From positions 10,602,001 to 10,666,000 of the forward strand of contig OZ024756.1 of the NCBI GenBank assembly GCA_964016885.1: a stretch of DNA of 64,000 bases, read 5' to 3'. This stretch comes from Eledone cirrhosa. Lineage: Eukaryota. Within the stretch, counting starts at the first letter, position 1. Every line of letters starts with the position of its first letter. A model generated the notes under the pieces. The model made no database searches. It saw nothing but the letters and a program-made list of their open reading frames with translations, and was not told the origin of the DNA. Shown here piece by piece: positions 1-12,532 of the stretch. A program made the position numbers and the translations under genes.

Positions 1-626
1 GTATTGTTCACAAAATAAATACTTTCAAAATCTCATAGATTCGATATTATGTGAGATACTATGTGAGATAAAGCATTTACCATGAAAATACAATAGTATA
101 TATAGAGTAATGTAAATGTTATGTGAGATATTATGTGAGGTAAAGCCTTTACCATGAAAATACAATAGTATATATAGAGTAATGTAAATGTTATGTGAGA
201 TATTATGTGAGGTAAAGCCTTTACTGTGAAAATACAATAGTATATGTAGAGTAATGTAAATGTTATGTGAGATATTATGTGAGGTAAAGCCTTTACTGTG
301 AAAATATAATAGTATATATAGAGTACTGTAAATGTTATGTGAGATATTGTGAGGTAAAGCCTTTACTGTGAAAATATAATAGTATATATAGAGTAATGTA
401 AATGTTATGTGAGATATTATGTGAGGTAAAGCGTTTACTATGAAAATATAATAGTATATATAGAGTACTGTAAATGTTATGTGAGATATTATGTGAGGTA
501 AAGCCTTTACTGTGAAAATATAATAGTATATATAGAGTAATGTAAATGTTGTGAGATATTATGTGAGGTAAAGCCTTTACTGTGAAAATATAATAGTATA
601 TATAGAGTAATGTGAATGCTAAAGGG
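1..626 (+). mobile_element. piggyBac-like TTAA MITE (5' end outside window) with internal 72-bp tandem array (~8 units)
   Basis: Ends TGAATGCTAAAGGG|TTAA (627-630); same family as the complete copy at 24906-25619; 24-aa periodicity of ORF 25..237 = 72-bp unit. Confidence 0.75.
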
Positions 627-789
627 TTAATAATGAAATAATTGAGAATTTTTGTAACTCATTCCTCAGTCTTCCTAAATTAATTCAAATGTAGGTTATT
701 TCATTAGAAATATTTTAGAATGGTTAAATATTAAATTATGAGAGGCTTAGTGATACATATATACACACAAATAGACACACACATATATA

Positions 790-890
790 TCATCATCATC
801 GTTTAATGTCCATCTTCCACGTTAGTATGGGTTAGATGCTTTTGTTCCATTTGATGCAGGAATGGTCGGGACCGTGTCCCGCTCCTACGG
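790..890 (-). mobile_element. 3' tail fragment of RTE-type LINE/RTE-tailed SINE
   Basis: (CAT)n-CGTTTAATGTCCATCTTCCACGTTAGTATGGGTTAGA is the reverse complement of the RTE 3' end at 53390-53444. Confidence 0.65.
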
Positions 891-1219
891 ATATATATAT
901 ATATATATACATATATACACATATATACATGTAGACATATGTAGATATAGAGATATATACACCCAGTCATACATATATACACATAGACAGATATATATAC
1001 ATATAGACGTATATACATATATACATATAGACATATATACATATAGACATATATACATATATACATATAGACATATATATATAAGTAAAAGGGATATTTA
1101 ATTTGTTGGAAATTCAACAAATATAAATGTTTATAACTGATTCAGAGCACTCAACAGATTTCTGGAGTAAATATTCAATGATATTAAATAAATGGAAACT
1201 ATATTTATAAAACCATATT

Positions 1220-1281
1220 TATTCTATTATATATATTTCAAGGGTACTAAAAACTTTGGTACGCTTTCATCAGATAAAATA
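1220..1281 (-). ncRNA. minimal type I hammerhead ribozyme
   Basis: Minus read TATTTTAT-CTGATGA-aagcgtac..gtaccctt-GAAA-TATATATA-ATAGAATA. Confidence 0.75.
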
Positions 1282-1889
1282 CAAAGTGTGTTTTATAAAT
1301 TTTGACATAACCAAGGAACATACTTTATCAGTTGAATTTTCCTTGGATAGTGAATTTAAAGAACGGATTTTTCAAAATTGTTAGGATGAGTATGCAAATG
1401 AATATGTAAATGAGGTTGAGGTATATGATTGAAAAACCGTTATTTTAAACGCTATGGAAAATTTAGATATATGTTTATATTTGTAACTCATATTATAAAC
1501 AAATTATTAAAATATATATAGATATTTATATATTTAACCCACTACAATATTGTAATAAGATAAATACTTACAAACATAATTCTCCATATAAGTATATACA
1601 TAATATAGGTAAATATTCAAATTTTTTCCCCCAAATTAACGTATACAAGTGGTCTTCTTCTTTTTCCTTTTCCTTCTTTCTCTCCTACTAATATAAACAT
1701 ATATCTAAATTTTCCATAGCGTTTAAAATAACGGTTTTTCAATCATATACCTCAACCTCATTTACATATTCATTTGTATACTCATCCTAACAATTTTGAA
1801 AAATCCCTTCTTTAAATTCACTATCCAAGGAAAATTCAACTGATAAGGCATGTTCCTTGGCTATGTCAAAATTTATAAAATGCACTTTG

Positions 1890-1951
1890 TATTTTATCTG
1901 ATGAAAGCATGCCAAAGTTTTTGGTACCCTTGAAATATATATAATAGAATA
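1890..1951 (+). ncRNA. minimal type I hammerhead ribozyme
   Basis: CTGATGA 1898-1904, stem II aagcatgcc..ggtaccctt, GAAA 1932-1935, TATATATA, stem I TATTTTAT/ATAGAATA. Confidence 0.75.
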
Positions 1952-2249
1952 AATATGGTTTTATAAAGATAGTTTCCATTTATTTAATATCATTGACATA
2001 TATATATATGACATATATATATATATACACCCAGTCATACATATATACACATAGACAGACATATATACACAAAGACACTATATTTCACATTACTCCAGTT
2101 GTAGAAATGTGTTGTGATGTCACAGGTGCCAAGCTGTGTCGGGCCATTGGATAGAGAGATGAAGTGAGGAAGAGAGAGAGATGGTGTGAGAAAAGGATAG
2201 ATAGGTAGATAGAGAGAGAGTGATGAAGTGAGAGAAAGAGATACAAACG

Positions 2250-2750
2250 ACCCCAGTATTAAACTGGTATGTTTTATTGACCTCAAAAGGATGAAAAGTA
2301 AAATTGATTTGCTTCAACATGATTTCAACTCGGACAATGTAGGAAGTCAAAACGAATACCTCAAAGAATTCTTTTAAACTTTCGCACAATTCTGCCAATT
2401 TGCAGAACATGTTTAGATTGTTATAAATTAATGTCTTGAGATGGTGAGGCCCCATAACTCCTGATGGTGTCGTAAGGACACCGTATTGACATACAGTGGA
2501 CATTTTAAACCTGGTTGAGCCCATCTCCCTCTCCAGGGCCTGAACCCAGCAGATTTCTTCCACGAAAGGAGAGAGAGAGAGAGAGAGAGAAGAAGTAAAA
2601 AAGAGATATAGATGAAGAATCGATTCCATGTAATGAACAGGTAATTTTAACAACCTCGAAAGGGGTGGAAGGCAAAGTTGACCTTGGTAGGATTTGAACT
2701 CAGAGTAGAGAGCCTCAACAAATACTGCAAAACATTCTATTTGACATTCT
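2250..2750 (-). mobile_element. two degenerate tRNA-derived SINE (family A) fragments
   Basis: ggatgaaaagtaaa..gatttcaactc and gaaggcaaagttgacc..gatttgaactcag motifs match cleaner copies at 7057-7814. Confidence 0.55.
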
Positions 2751-3196
2751 AATGTTGAGATATTTGATTTTTAATGCTCTTTGCATTGAAGCCATAAATG
2801 TTGCAGCTTATAACAACAAAATCCTGAGAATAGATTAAGTTTTATTTAGTGAGTCTAATACAATTGAAATTTTCACATTATGTTCTGATTTAACTGATAA
2901 CAAATAGTCGATTGTTTTGGTTGTGTTCCATAGTATTCTAATTTTCTGCAATACACCTGTAATGCTCATGGAAAATAGACATTAAATAGTGATGATGATG
3001 ATGATGATGTACATTTATGCTTATATATAATATACACATGCTGTATATGTACATACACATGTATACACACATATGCATAGATTTACATATATGTATACAA
3101 GCATCATCATCATCATCATCATCATCATTTTACATGTGCTTTTCCCTGCTTGCAAGGGTGGGACAAGCATCTGCATATATATATTCATACATACAT

Positions 3197-3248
<52 letters not shown>

Positions 3249-3249
3249 G

Positions 3250-3551
3250 AAAGAATGAAACAAAATTTCATTTCTCACTCTTAGTACAGCTGATACCTAA
3301 ATATAAGTATTTATATGTACATACATATATGTATACAGACGTACAGTAGTATGTATATATATATACATACATGCACACATATATATATGTACGTATGGGT
3401 TTACCGAACATTTATTATAATGTTCGGTTTGTTTGTAAACAAACAGCCCGAATTAAGCCGTACAGTGTTCGGCAACCATCGTCGCCCTTTTGTTCAACAC
3501 TGACAAAGGAACGATGAACTAGTTTCAAGCTTATTAGCTATCGTCAGCATC
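3250..3551 (-). mobile_element. Penelope-like 3'-end fragment (family of 55590-56180) with CUGACGA hammerhead at 3511-3551
   Basis: Homologous to 55590-55790 and (reverse) 55930-56180; minus read GATG-CTGACGA-TAGCTAATAAGCTT-GAAA-CTAG-TT-CATC. Confidence 0.65.
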
Positions 3552-3656
3552 ATATATATCAGGATTGAATCAACTTTAAACTAGTCTGGAACTAGCAGTT
3601 GAAACGGCAAGAACTCAGGCCCCAACTCTTTCTAATATATATACATATATATATAT

Positions 3657-3994
3657 GTTGAAGTTCTATTTAAATTGTTGGGATACAACAAGCAAATATT
3701 TTTATAACTGATATAAAGCACTCAACAAATTATTGGAGTAAAAATACGATATATTAACAAAGGGAAACTATATTTATAAAACCATATTTATTTCATTATA
3801 CATATTTCAAGGACACCAAGTTAAATTATGGTGTGCTTTCATCAGATAAAATATAATATAGATCAGTTTTATAAATAAATATTGACATACCCTTAAAGAA
3901 TGCGACCATTTCTGTTGGAAGCTCCCGGATGAAATATGTATAATGAAATAAATATAGTTTTATAAATATAGTTTCCATTTGTTAATATATCGTA
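3657..3994 (-). mobile_element. Penelope-like 3'-end element with short inverted arm (3931-3994)
   Basis: Reverse complement of 13690-13950; right arm begins at GAAATATGTATAATGAAATA. Confidence 0.65.
3790..3853 (-). ncRNA. minimal type I hammerhead ribozyme
   Basis: Minus read TATTTTAT-CTGATGA-aagcacacca..tggtgtcctt-GAAA-TATGTATA-ATGAAATA. Confidence 0.75.
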
Positions 3995-4007
3995 TATATA
4001 TATATAT

Positions 4008-4180
4008 CATCATCATCATCGTTTAACGTCCATCTTCCATGCTAGCATGGGTTGGACGGTTTTGTCCCACTTGAGGCGATATTGGTCGGGAGACCATGTC
4101 TCGCTCATACAGAACTGTCCCTGGCAGGTTTTCTATGGTTGGATGCCCTACCTAACACCAACCCCATTTACAGCCTTTTT
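4008..4180 (-). mobile_element. RTE 3'-tail fragment, followed by (ACC)n tract to ~4308
   Basis: (CAT)n cgtttaacgtccatcttccatgctagcatgggttggacgg..ggatgccctacctaacaccaacc. Confidence 0.65.
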
Positions 4181-4487
4181 ACCACTACCATCACACACCA
4201 CAACCACCACACCAGAACCACCACACCACCACCACCGCCACTACCACACCACCACTACCATCACACACCACCACCACACACCACCACTACCACCACCACA
4301 CCACCACATCTTATGCTATATACTATGTTCCTAGTATTGCAGTGAGTTTGTGGGCTTAGCTTGCAGACTATGTATTTCCTATGTGCTGATAGGAAATAAA
4401 GTAGGGTTGTTTTTTTTACCTTAATTTATTGATATGACCTGATATTTCAAGATTAGTATCTCTTCGACTGAGGAAATTAAAGGAACA

Positions 4488-4706
4488 CCTTTAGTGTTCA
4501 AACTGGCCAAAACCGGCCAGAATTCTCTACCTCTTTCTGTTGAAACTGGCTGTAACTGGTCGCTCAAACTGATGTTATGGTATTGTTCTCAAAATAAATA
4601 CTTTCAAAATCTCATAGATTCGATATTATGTGAGATAATTATGTGAGATAAAGCCTTTACTATGAAAATATAATAGTATATATAGAGTAATGTGAATACT
4701 AAAGGG
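4488..4706 (+). mobile_element. piggyBac-like MITE, single-unit form
   Basis: cctttagtgttca...tgaatactaaaggg|TTAA; only one copy of the 72-bp unit. Confidence 0.7.
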
Positions 4707-5160
4707 TTAAATAAATAAATAAATATTCAAACCACTTCCGACCAGCATGGTATAGCAAGCCACATCGGACACTGGAATAGTTCCTTTATTTTCCTCAGTC
4801 GAAGAGATATTAATTTCAAACTATCAGGTCATATGAATAAATTAAGCTAAAAAAAGAACAAACCCTACTTTTCGAGTTTTGACTTTTCTCTGTTCAAACC
4901 CTGCAGTTTTCTAACTTCGAATTCTATATATAAATGTATGTATATGCCTATACATACAGAGACACACGTACACATATATACACATGCACATCAGAGTGTT
5001 GAAAAACATCCTAGTATATAAACCTACCTTTTTCAAACTTTGAACTCCAGTTTGTCTGACTATAAAACAATGCTAGAATGTTCCTGGTTTTGAAAAATAC
5101 AAAACAAATCTAATAGCAAAGATGAAAGTCTATTAATTCTTTATACATATTCTTTGGGCT

Positions 5161-5345
5161 TCTTGGCAGTATCGGTAGAGGGTCGGATGCTATGCTTTGC
5201 AGCATAGAGCTGTGGCCCTTTACGGTCCGAGTTCAAATCCCGCCGAGATTAACTTTGCCTTTCATCCTTATGGAGTCATTAAAATAAAGTACCAGTAATG
5301 CACTGGGATAATTGCTGGCCTTGTGTCAAAAGGAGAAACAATTAT
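5161..5345 (+). mobile_element. tRNA-derived SINE family A (duplicated at ~5879-6043)
   Basis: A-box-like TGGCAGTATCGGTAG, B-box GAGTTCAAATCC, body tttgcctttcatcc..aaagtaccagt..ggccttgtg. Confidence 0.7.
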
Positions 5346-5419
5346 TTAACATGTTTATATATTGTTACAATGCTTTCAAAACCTGCCTTAATACTGAAAA
5401 TTATATCCTTCAGGATATA

Positions 5420-5660
5420 TCATCATCATCATCATTTTACGTCCGCTTTTCCCTGCTTGCAAGGGTGGGACGGGAACTGATTCTGGATCGATTTCTACAG
5501 CTGGATGCCCTTCCTAACACCAACCTCATTTACAGTGAATGCTGGGTGCTTTTTTTCCGTGGTGCCTAAACGTCCCCTTTACAGTGTGGGCTGGGTGCTT
5601 TTTTGCCGTGGCACCTCCACGACCACTTTGCAGTGGAATGATAGGGACCCCAGTCCTATC
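5420..5660 (-). mobile_element. RTE 3'-UTR fragment
   Basis: Reverse complement of 53170-53444 including ggatgcccttcctaacaccaacctc. Confidence 0.7.
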
Positions 5661-5662
5661 AT

Positions 5663-5800
5663 CTCATTTCTACAGCTGAGTAAACTGGAGCAATGTGAAA
5701 TAAAGTGTCTTGCTCAAGGAAACAACACATCACCCGGTCTGAGAATTGAACTCACAACCTTTCGATTGCAAAGCCAACGCTCTAACCACTGAGCCATGTG
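5663..5800 (-). mobile_element. tRNA-derived SINE family B (source of 45-bp satellite)
   Basis: Minus read CACATGGCTCAGTGGTTAGAGCG (A box)..GAGTTCAATTC (B box)..CCTTGAGCAAGACACTTTATTTCACATTGCTCCAG. Confidence 0.8.
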
Positions 5801-6337
5801 TCTGGTTTTGAAAATTACAAACAAATCTAATAGCAAAGATGAAAGTCTATTAATTCTTTATACATATTCTTTGGGCTTCTTGGCAGTATCGGTAGAGGGT
5901 CGGATGCTATGCTTTGCAGCATAGAGCTGTGGCCCTTTACGGTCCGAGTTCAAATCCCTTTCATCCTTACGGGGTTGTTAAAATAAAGTACCAGTAATGC
6001 ACAGGGATAATTGTTGGCCTTGTGTCAAAAGGAGAAACAATTATTTAACATGTTTATATATTGTTACAATGCTTTCAAAACCTGCCTTAAAACTGAAAAT
6101 AATTGTTTGTACTTTTGGCACAAGGCCAGCAATTACCCAGTGTATTACTGGTACTTTATTTTATCGACCCCGTAAGGATGAAAGGCAAAGTTAAATATCC
6201 TTCAGGATATATGTAAAACTAAAATATATGGTACTCTACTTTTATCAACCGTGTAGATACTATCTTAACTCTTTTATGACTGCACTCTGAGTTTAAATCC
6301 TGCCATGGTCAACTTAGGTTTTTAATCTTTTGGGGGA

Positions 6338-6912
6338 TTAACCCTTTCATGACCATATTTATAATAGTATACATGCTATTTCAATTAATTAATGAAGAAT
6401 TTTGAGGGATTTACTAACATTTTTAATTATTTCATTACTAAGATAGTAACTTAATGTAAGGTTCTTATATAAAATCATGTTGGAAGATTTTAATTTAAAT
6501 TGGAAACCTTTAGAATGGGTGACTTTATTTTATAGAAGCAGAACCAGTTTAAGTCTGGGTTGGTAAAATAGTAACTTAAACCCTTAGTATTTAAACCAGC
6601 CATATCCAGCCAGAATTCTCTCACCTCTTTCTCTTCAAACTGGCCATAATCAGCCACTCATACTGAGCTTAAGCTATTGTTCTTAAAATAAATAATATAA
6701 TCAAAATCTCATAGATTCCATATTATGTGAGATAACTATGTGAGATAAAGCCTTTACCATGAAAGTATAACAATAGAGTAATGTAAATGGTAATGGGTTA
6801 GCGTAAGGTTCTTATATAGAATTATGTTGGAAGATTTTAATTTAAATTGGAAACCTGGTTTTATTTCATAGAACCAGAGCTGGTTTTAGATGGGTTGGTA
6901 GCAAAAGAGTTA
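6338..6912 (+). mobile_element. second TTAA-CCCTT MITE family, with a degenerate copy of the first MITE nested at ~6580-6800
   Basis: ttaaccctttcatgacca...ttggtagcaaaagagttaa; nested segment homologous to 4488-4706. Confidence 0.45.
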
Positions 6913-7056
6913 ATTAAGGTTCTTACATAAAAAACAATTATAACAGAAGGTTCTTAGATAAATCTAAAGATTTTAACTCTTTTGTTACCATATTTCTAAT
7001 GAAAGCCACTTTTGGTGTTTGGAACATAGTATAACAAAGGTTCTTACAGAAAAAAA

Positions 7057-7814
7057 TAATAATTGTTTCTACTTTTTGGCACAAGGCCAGCAATTATTCA
7101 GTACAACACTGGTACTTTATTTTATCGACCACGTAAGGATGAAAGGCAAAGTTAACTTCGACGGGATTTGAACTCAGATCTTAAAGGGAAGTAACTATGC
7201 TGGAAAGCATGTCCGACCTTCTACCGATACTGCCAATCCAAATAATAATTGTTTCTACTTTTGGCACAAGGCCAGCAAATATCCCAGTGCATTACTGGTA
7301 CTTTATTTTATCAACCCCGTAAGGATGAAAGGCAAAGTTAACCTCGACGGGATTTGAACTCAGAATGGAAAGGGCCGTAACTCTATGCGTCAAAGCATGC
7401 CATCCGACCCTCTACCGATACTGCCAATTCACCCGCCAATCCAAATAATAATTGTTTATACTTTTGGCACAAGGCCAGCAATTAACCAGTGCATTACTGG
7501 TACTTTATTTCATCGACCCCATGAGGATGAAAGGCAAAGTTAACCTTGGCAGGATTTGAACTCAGAGTGGCAAGGGACGTAACTCTATGCGTCAAAGCAT
7601 GGCGTCTGACCCTCTACCGATACTGCAATAATTGTTTCTACTTTAGGCACAAGGCCAGCAATTACCCAGGGCATTACTGGTACTTTATTTTATCGACCCC
7701 GTAAGGATGAAAGGCAAAGTCAACCTTGGCGGGATTTGAACTCAGATCGTAAAGGGACGTAACTATGCTGGAAAGCATGGCGTCCGACCCTCTACTGATA
7801 CTGCCAATCCACCG
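7057..7814 (-). mobile_element. four head-to-tail copies of SINE family A
   Basis: Units begin taataattgtttctacttttggcacaaggccagc at ~7057, 7243, 7446, 7627. Confidence 0.8.
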
Positions 7815-8754
7815 ATACTGCAATAATGAAAGGTTCTTAGACTTTAATTCTTTTGTTACCATATTTCTAATGAAAGTCACTTTTGGTGTTTGGAACATAG
7901 CTTAACAAAGGTTCTTACATAACAAATAACAATGGAATGCTTTTAGATAAATCTAAACACTATGAAATGCTCAGTCTTGTATGAGGTGGTGTCAGGCAGT
8001 TTAATGTCATTAGTATTCATGTTTTGTGACAATTAGAATTTTAAATAGCGTTTCTTACATTTTTATATATTTTCTAATTATCTATCGACATGTAGGATGT
8101 TATTGGTTTTGTGTTAGCATCATCATCAACGTCATCATTTTACGTCTGCTTTTCCCTGCTTGCACACATATATATATATATGCATATATATATATGTATA
8201 TATATGTATATATATATGTGTATATATATGAATATGTATATGTATATATATTTGTATATATATATATATGTATATATATTTGTATATATATATATATGTA
8301 TATATATATGTATATATATATGTGTATATATATGTATATATATGTATATATATGTGTATATATATATATATAACACCCCTGTGTTAGCCATTAATAACAA
8401 TGACTATATATCTTTGTCAGGGGACGTAATTGAATTTTTGTGACGGTTTATTTTGTGTGCGTTTTATTTATTAATTTTTTAATTGTTTATTTACTCTCAT
8501 CCACATAATCTTGATGGTTTATCTGGAGCGGGGAGGGGTATTGTTGTACAGTCACATCATTGTCATTGGGATTCATAAAATCCCCAACAAATTCCTCATC
8601 TACTCCATGGTCAGGCCATGCTGGTTATGATGCTGTATAAAACAGATACATTGCTACATCACATCCTGTCAATTTTTGGCAGTAATACAAAGTTTTAAAA
8701 AAATGTTATTATATTTTTTTTTATTTTTCGGTTATTCACATCTATAGAGTTGCA

Positions 8755-8870
8755 TCATGGCCTAGTAGTTAGGGTTTTGGGATTCATGATCCTAAGATCG
8801 TAGTTTCATTGTCTGGATTGGGCAGTGTGCTGTGTTTTTGAGTGTAACATTTCATTTCCTATTGCTTTTT
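8755..8870 (+). mobile_element. degenerate SINE family B
   Basis: catggcctagtagttagg..gtgtttttgagtgtaacatttcatttcctattgct. Confidence 0.45.
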
Positions 8871-9052
8871 ATGATAGGACTGGGTCCTCTATTATCAAAA
8901 TCCTCGAGAAACCCACAACTAAACCTACATAGGTGTGAGCTGTAACAACATGATAGGACTGGGTCCTCTATTATCAAAATCCTCGAGAAACCCACAACTA
9001 AACCTACATAGGTGTGAGCTGTAACAACATGATAGGACGTGGTCCTCTATCA
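8871..9052. repeat. 79-bp tandem repeat, ~2.3 copies
   Basis: atgataggactgggtcctct..tgtaacaac at 8871, 8950, 9029. Confidence 0.85.
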
Positions 9053-9379
9053 TTAAAACAACAAGCAGAAAAACCACCCTTTGGGTGGTTTTCTGCTAGC
9101 ATGTGTAGTGTGAATATTGATATTATACGCAAGTATATATACATGTAGATATGATACATCAAATAAAATCGTAATTGAGAATATGCTCAGAAATTGAAGA
9201 GAGACTGTGTTACACTGTCTTCTGTAATCAGTAAAGTAATCCATGATACATTTACAAAAGACGTTATTATATATAAACTGCATTACGGTGCTTTTATAAC
9301 AATGCAAATATATGAACGTTTACATAAGCGATGTTATAAGTGTTATGATATAACGGACGCTAACCGGAAGTGTAGTCAT

Positions 9380-9775
9380 CCTACATGCGCATCACATGTC
9401 CATACCATCTCAGCCTTCTCTACTGCACACCACAACTTATCCTTCTTATACCCAATTTCTTTCTCAACTCGTCTATGCTTGGTTGTTCACGTACATTTAC
9501 ATTGCACATCCATCGGAGCATGCTTGTTTCATTTCTCTGCAGTTGCTGCCCATGTTTCACTACCATGCAGCATCGTGCATCTCACACAGGCATCATATAA
9601 CCGTCCTTTCATACACTGGGAGAAACCCTTCTTTGCCAACAAAGAAAGCAGCCCCCTAAACTTCTTCCAACCCGTCCTTATTCTAGATACTGTCGCCTTG
9701 GAGCACCCCCTCCCATGCTAATTTGATGACCTAGGTACCAGAAGCTATCAACCACTTCTATAGAACCCACCTGCA
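9380..9775 (-). pseudogene. RTE LINE ORF C-terminal fragment
   Basis: Minus strand encodes decayed RRLRWYGHVMR and GWKKF motifs homologous to ORF 52165..53148. Confidence 0.7.
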
Positions 9776-9787
9776 TTGGAAAAATGT

Positions 9788-10763
9788 GTCTGAGTTCAAA
9801 TCCTGCCTAGGTTAACTTTGCCTTTCATCCTTACGGGGTTGATAAAATAAAGTACCAGTAATGCACTGGAATAATTGCTAGCCTTGTGCCAAAAGTAGAA
9901 AAAATTATTTATTCAAAGTACCAGTAATACACTGAGTAATTGCTGGCCTTGTGCCAAAAGTAGAAACAATTATTTATTCAAAGTACCAGTAATACACTGG
10001 GTAATTGCTGGCCTTGTGCCAAAAGTAGAAACAATTATTTATTCAAAGTACCAGTAATACACTGTGTAATTGCTGGCCTTGTGCCAAAATTAGAAACAAT
10101 TATTTATTCAAAGTACCAGTAATACACTGGGTATTGCTGGCCTTGTGCCAAAAGTAGAAACATTTATTTATTCAAAGTACCAGTAATACACTGGAATAAT
10201 TGCTGGCCTTGTGCCAAAAGTAGAAACAATTATTTATTCAAAGTACCAGTAATACACTGAGTAATTGCTGGCCTTGTGCCAAAAGTAGAAACAATTATTT
10301 ATTCAAAGTACCAGTAATACACTAGGATAATTGCTGGCCTTGTGCCAAAAGTAGAAACAATTATTTATTCAAAGTACCAGTAATACACTGTGTAATTGCT
10401 GGCCTTGTGCCAAAATTAGAAACAATTATTTATTCAAAGTACCAGTAATACACTGTGTAATTGCTGGCCTTGTGCCAAAATTAGAAACAATTATTTATTC
10501 AAAGTACCAGTAATACACTAGGTAATTGCTGGCCTTGTGCTAAAAGTAGAAACAATTATTTATTCAAAGTACCAGTAATACACTGGGTATTGCTGGCCTT
10601 GTGCCAAAAGTAGAAACAATTATTTATTCAAAGTACCAGTAATACACTGGGTATTGCTGGCCTTGTGCCAAAAGTAGAAACAATTATTTATTCAAAGTAC
10701 CAGTAATACACTGGGTATTGCTGGCCTTGTGCCAAAAGTAGAAACAATTATTTATTCAAAGTA
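9788..10763 (+). repeat. SINE family A copy whose 3' end is amplified as a 65-bp tandem array (~14 units)
   Basis: B box and body at 9790-9850, then aaagtaccagtaatacactgggtaattgctggccttgtgccaaaagtagaaacaattatttattc repeated at 65-bp period. Confidence 0.9.
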
Positions 10764-10900
10764 ATCCAACTTATTTTACTAACGGAATAAAACAATATAT
10801 TCAGGACACAGTCCCGCACTCCTTACTTTATTGAATTATGACTGCGGACCCTACAAGCTGATAGGGGCTAACTAAACCTACATAGGGGTCAGCTGTACTG

Positions 10901-11540
10901 ATGGTAGCGGTGGTGGTGGTGGTGGTGGTGGTGATGATGGTGAGGATGATGATGGTGATGGTGATGATGGTGATGATGATGATGGTGATGATGATGATGG
11001 TGGTGGTGGTGGTGATGGTGATGGTGATGATGGTGAGGATGATGATGGTGATGATGGCGATGGTGATGGTGATGATGATGATGGTGGTGGCGGTGGTAAT
11101 GGTGATGGTGATGATGAGGATAATAATTGTTTCTACTTTAGGCACAAGGCCAGCAATTACCAGTGCATTACTGGTACTTTATTTTATCGACCCCGTAAGG
11201 ATGAAAGGCAAAATCAACCTCAGCAGGATTTGAACTCAGACCATAAAGGGCCGTAACACTATGCTACAAAACATGGCGTCCGACCCTCTACCGATACTGC
11301 CAATCCACCGCCCTATGATGAGGATAATAATGATGATGATGATAATGAGGATGATAGGTGGTGGTGGTGATGGTGGTGGTGGTGATGGTGGTGGTGATGA
11401 TGGTGGTGGTGGTGGTGGTGGTGGTGGTGGTGGTGGTGGTGATGGTGGTGGTGATGATGGTGGTGGTGGTGGTGGTGATGGTGGTGATGGTGGTGGTGGT
11501 GATGATGGTGGTGGTGGTGTGGTGGGGGGGTGGTGGTATC
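10901..11540. repeat. (GAT/GGT)n tracts interrupted by a full SINE family A copy (11121-11313, minus)
   Basis: Trinucleotide tracts; SINE flanked by gatgaggataataat-like duplication. Confidence 0.8.
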
Positions 11541-11899
11541 ATGCCCCCCCTCTCTACCCCCCCCCCTCCCCCAACATAATTGTAACACACTTCATATCTA
11601 CTTTGGAAATAGTTATTTTTATATTTAACACACATAGAAATATACACACAGAAAAACACACACAAACACACATATACAGGGAAATACGCATACACACATA
11701 TATACATACACACCAAAGCACATATATACATACACACAGACACACAGAAATCTATACACACACACACACACACACACAAACAAACAGTTTTATCAAAAAT
11801 TTTCTTGCTATCCAGTCAAATATTTCATCTCCTGTAAACTCGCAGTTTCTTTCTCTCCAGTTTCTTTTCTAACATGATTTTCATGAATCCTCTGTGTGA

Positions 11900-12330
11900 G
11901 CTAACAACCATCAAAGCAACCACCAAACCAGCCATCAAACCAACCAACAACCATCAAACCAGTCAACTAACCATCAAACCAGCCAACGAACCATCAAACT
12001 AACCACCAAGCCAATCAACCAGCCATCAATCCAACCAACTAACCATCAAACCAGTCAACTAACCATCAAACCAACCACCAAACCAGTCAACCAGCCATGA
12101 ATCCAACCAACTAACCATCAAACCAGTCAACTAACCACCAAACCAGTCAACCAGCCATGAATCCAACCAACTAACCATCAAACCAGTCAACTAACCATCA
12201 AACCAACCACCAAACCAGTCAACCAGCAATGAATCCAACCAACTAACCATCAAACCAGCCAACTAACCATCAAACCAACCACCAAACCAGTCAACCAATT
12301 ATTAAACCAGTCAACCATTAAATCAGCCAA
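11900..12330. repeat. degenerate (AACC)n microsatellite
   Basis: caaccaaccatcaaaccag periodicity. Confidence 0.85.
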
Positions 12331-12407
12331 CAGTATATGTCAATGAAATGCTCAGACACTTATGCATTAATTCATGACACCAGGCTGATCTTCAAATAGG
12401 GTCTTCA

Positions 12408-12532
12408 ATAGGTGGGCCCTTATAAAACTTAGGGTGGTGGGCCCTTAGAAATCTTGGGGTGGTGGGCCCTTATAAAACTTGGGGTGGTGGGCCCTTATAA
12501 AACTTGGGGTGGTGGGCCCTTAGAAACCTTGG
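12408..12532. repeat. 25-bp minisatellite x5
   Basis: ggggtggtgggcccttataaaactt. Confidence 0.85.

Larger units (their letters stand above)
1083..1996. mobile_element. Inverted-repeat Penelope-like 3'-end element carrying two hammerhead motifs
   Basis: Arms ~1175-1470 and ~1697-1996 are reverse complements; flanked by TA-rich tracts. Confidence 0.7.

Noticed and set aside
2120-2653. 177-aa ORF
   Set aside because: Runs through SINE fragments and GA repeats; no recognisable domain
5730-5800. tRNA gene on minus strand
   Set aside because: tRNA-like head continues into a SINE body with several copies; no clean acceptor stem
9848-10763. CRISPR-like array with small variable segment
   Set aside because: Variation is only point changes in a SINE-derived 65-bp unit
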